DNA of 64,000 nucleotides from a bacterium (GTDB lineage Bacteria; SAR324; NAC60-12): the NCBI GenBank assembly GCA_965209155.1, contig OZ242383.1:288001-352000 (forward strand), read 5' to 3'. A program made the position numbers and the translations under genes. The first letter of the stretch is position 1; the number at the start of each line of letters is the position of its first letter. Of this stretch, positions 62,816-64,000 are shown piece by piece. A model generated the notes under the pieces. The model did not search any database and was not told the origin of the DNA. It saw only the letters and a list, made by a program, of their open reading frames with translations.

Positions 62816-63637
62816 ATGAAAGCAGTCATCATCATACCCGCCCGTTATCACTCCACCCGGTTCCCCGGCAAACCGTTGATTTCCCTTGCAGGGAAGACAT
62901 TATTGAATCGGGTTTGTGATATTGCTTTGTATGCGGCAACTCGTGTTCAGATGGAAGTGGAGGTGATTGTCGCAACCGATGATCAGCGTATTGTCAGTCA
63001 TGCGGAATCTATCGGCGTGCAAGCGGTGCGCACTCCTCAAGACTGTGAGACCGGGACAGATCGGGCATTTGCAGCAGTCGAGCAATTAAAAATACAACCC
63101 GATGCCATTGTCAATTTGCAGGGAGACGCTCCATTGACTCCCGTCCATTTTGTGGAAGCAATCCTGCGAGCACTCTCGTCGGATCGATCCATTCAATGGG
63201 TCACTCCTGTTGCTCAACTCAGTTGGCAAGAACTGGATCAGTTTCGGGAAAACAAAAAAACAACTCCGTTTAGTGGCACGACGGTCATCCTGGACCATCG
63301 AGAGCGGGCTGTCTGGTTTTCCAAAAATATTATTCCTGCGATTCGTGACGAAAAAAAATTACGCGATCGTACGAAAATCTCTCCTGTATATCGACACGTT
63401 GGCTTGTATGGTTGTACCTTGGAAATGTTGCGTATCTATGCCAATCTCTCGCAATCTCCTCATGAGATATTGGAAGGATTGGAGCAGTTACGGCTTTTGG
63501 AAAACGGTTATCAAATACGAGTGGTAAAAGTACGCTATGGGAATCATCCCGCTATGTCCGGAGTCGACACGCCAGAGGATGCGAAAAGAGCGGAAGATCT
63601 CATTAGGAGAGCGTGTCTGAAATCCGGCAATTTTTAA
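62816..63637 (+). CDS. kdsB: CMP-KDO synthetase
   Basis: IPARYHSTRFPGKPL, NLQGDAP, HVGLYG, EGLEQLR, GVDTPED. Confidence 0.93.
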   Translation: MKAVIIIPARYHSTRFPGKPLISLAGKTLLNRVCDIALYAATRVQMEVEVIVATDDQRIVSHAESIGVQAVRTPQDCETGTDRAFAAVEQLKIQPDAIVNLQGDAPLTPVHFVEAILRALSSDRSIQWVTPVAQLSWQELDQFRENKKTTPFSGTTVILDHRERAVWFSKNIIPAIRDEKKLRDRTKISPVYRHVGLYGCTLEMLRIYANLSQSPHEILEGLEQLRLLENGYQIRVVKVRYGNHPAMSGVDTPEDAKRAEDLIRRACLKSGNF

Positions 63638-64000
63638 ATTCCACCGAGACGAGCCACCTGCTCTTCCAGGGGTTCCGCTCAACAATACCAGGGTTCATTC
63701 AAGTAAGGAAAGGTAGCGCGAGAGGAAATGAATGGGGGTTGAGGTAGAGGAATGTTTGGCGATTTTTTTTGATTCACCCTGGTCCGGATCATCGTAAAAA
63801 TTTCTCGATGGGAAGCCTGCATTTCGATTCTTGCGGAAGCAATTTGCATGACTTCTTTTTGCAATGCGTCGATTTGCTGATCCTGGTGATACCATTCGTA
63901 TGCGAGTGAGGTTTCGTTGAATTCTCCGACAAACTGATGAATTTCCGGGAGTTCCAGCAACAGGGATCCCGCCGGAATCAACAAGCGGATGGCCAACTGG
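63634..64000 (-). CDS. 3' end of a CUAEP-tail radical SAM (seleno)protein
   Basis: QLAIRLLIPAGSLLL...PYLNEPWYC-TGA-AEPLEEQVARLGGI*. Confidence 0.8.

Noticed and set aside
156..63527. Numerous antisense and alternate-frame ORFs in the ORF track
   Set aside because: They overlap well-supported genes and show no recognisable motifs
1..64000. tRNA or rRNA genes
   Set aside because: None recognised by eye; a covariance-model scan would be needed to exclude them fully

Overview
Bacterial DNA, probably deltaproteobacterial/SAR324-like (a tentative guess from gene content, the sigma-54 system and the REP style). Positions 1-~53,250 are a heavily rearranged accessory region built on an acyl-CoA catabolic cluster: amidase, three single-chain BC-BCCP-CT acyl-CoA carboxylases, acyl-CoA ligases, a hotdog-fold protein, ACAD, crotonase, phosphotransferase, SDR, TauD/TfdA and PhyH-like dioxygenases, and carbohydrate-type ABC transporters. 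It is interleaved with about 10 toxin-antitoxin-type modules, IS256, IS21, a second IS21-like element with passenger genes, and many internally deleted or partially duplicated gene fragments. Most notable: (i) a 1991-aa sigma-54 activator with an IS1595 transposase Zn-ribbon/HTH domain fused in frame to pseudokinase-AAA-GAF-bEBP domains, lying next to a sigma-54 promoter with UAS and IHF sites; (ii) a 567-bp IS200-like shell carrying a four-helix-bundle gene between hexamer-periodic inverted arms (two copies plus a diverged empty version); (iii) an IS21-ended element with regularly spaced 21-bp repeats; (iv) a recurrent breakpoint in repeated hotdog-gene fragments; (v) a 5.2-kb carboxylase-ligase duplication with substitutions that appear clustered in substrate-binding regions. 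From ~53,400 the window is core-like: PBP1A, zinc-ribbon/DUF3426 protein, yajC-secD-secF, prephenate dehydrogenase, TlpA, kdsB, and the 3' end of a probable CUAEP-tail selenoprotein radical SAM enzyme. All calls were made by eye from the sequence and ORF track, without database searches.
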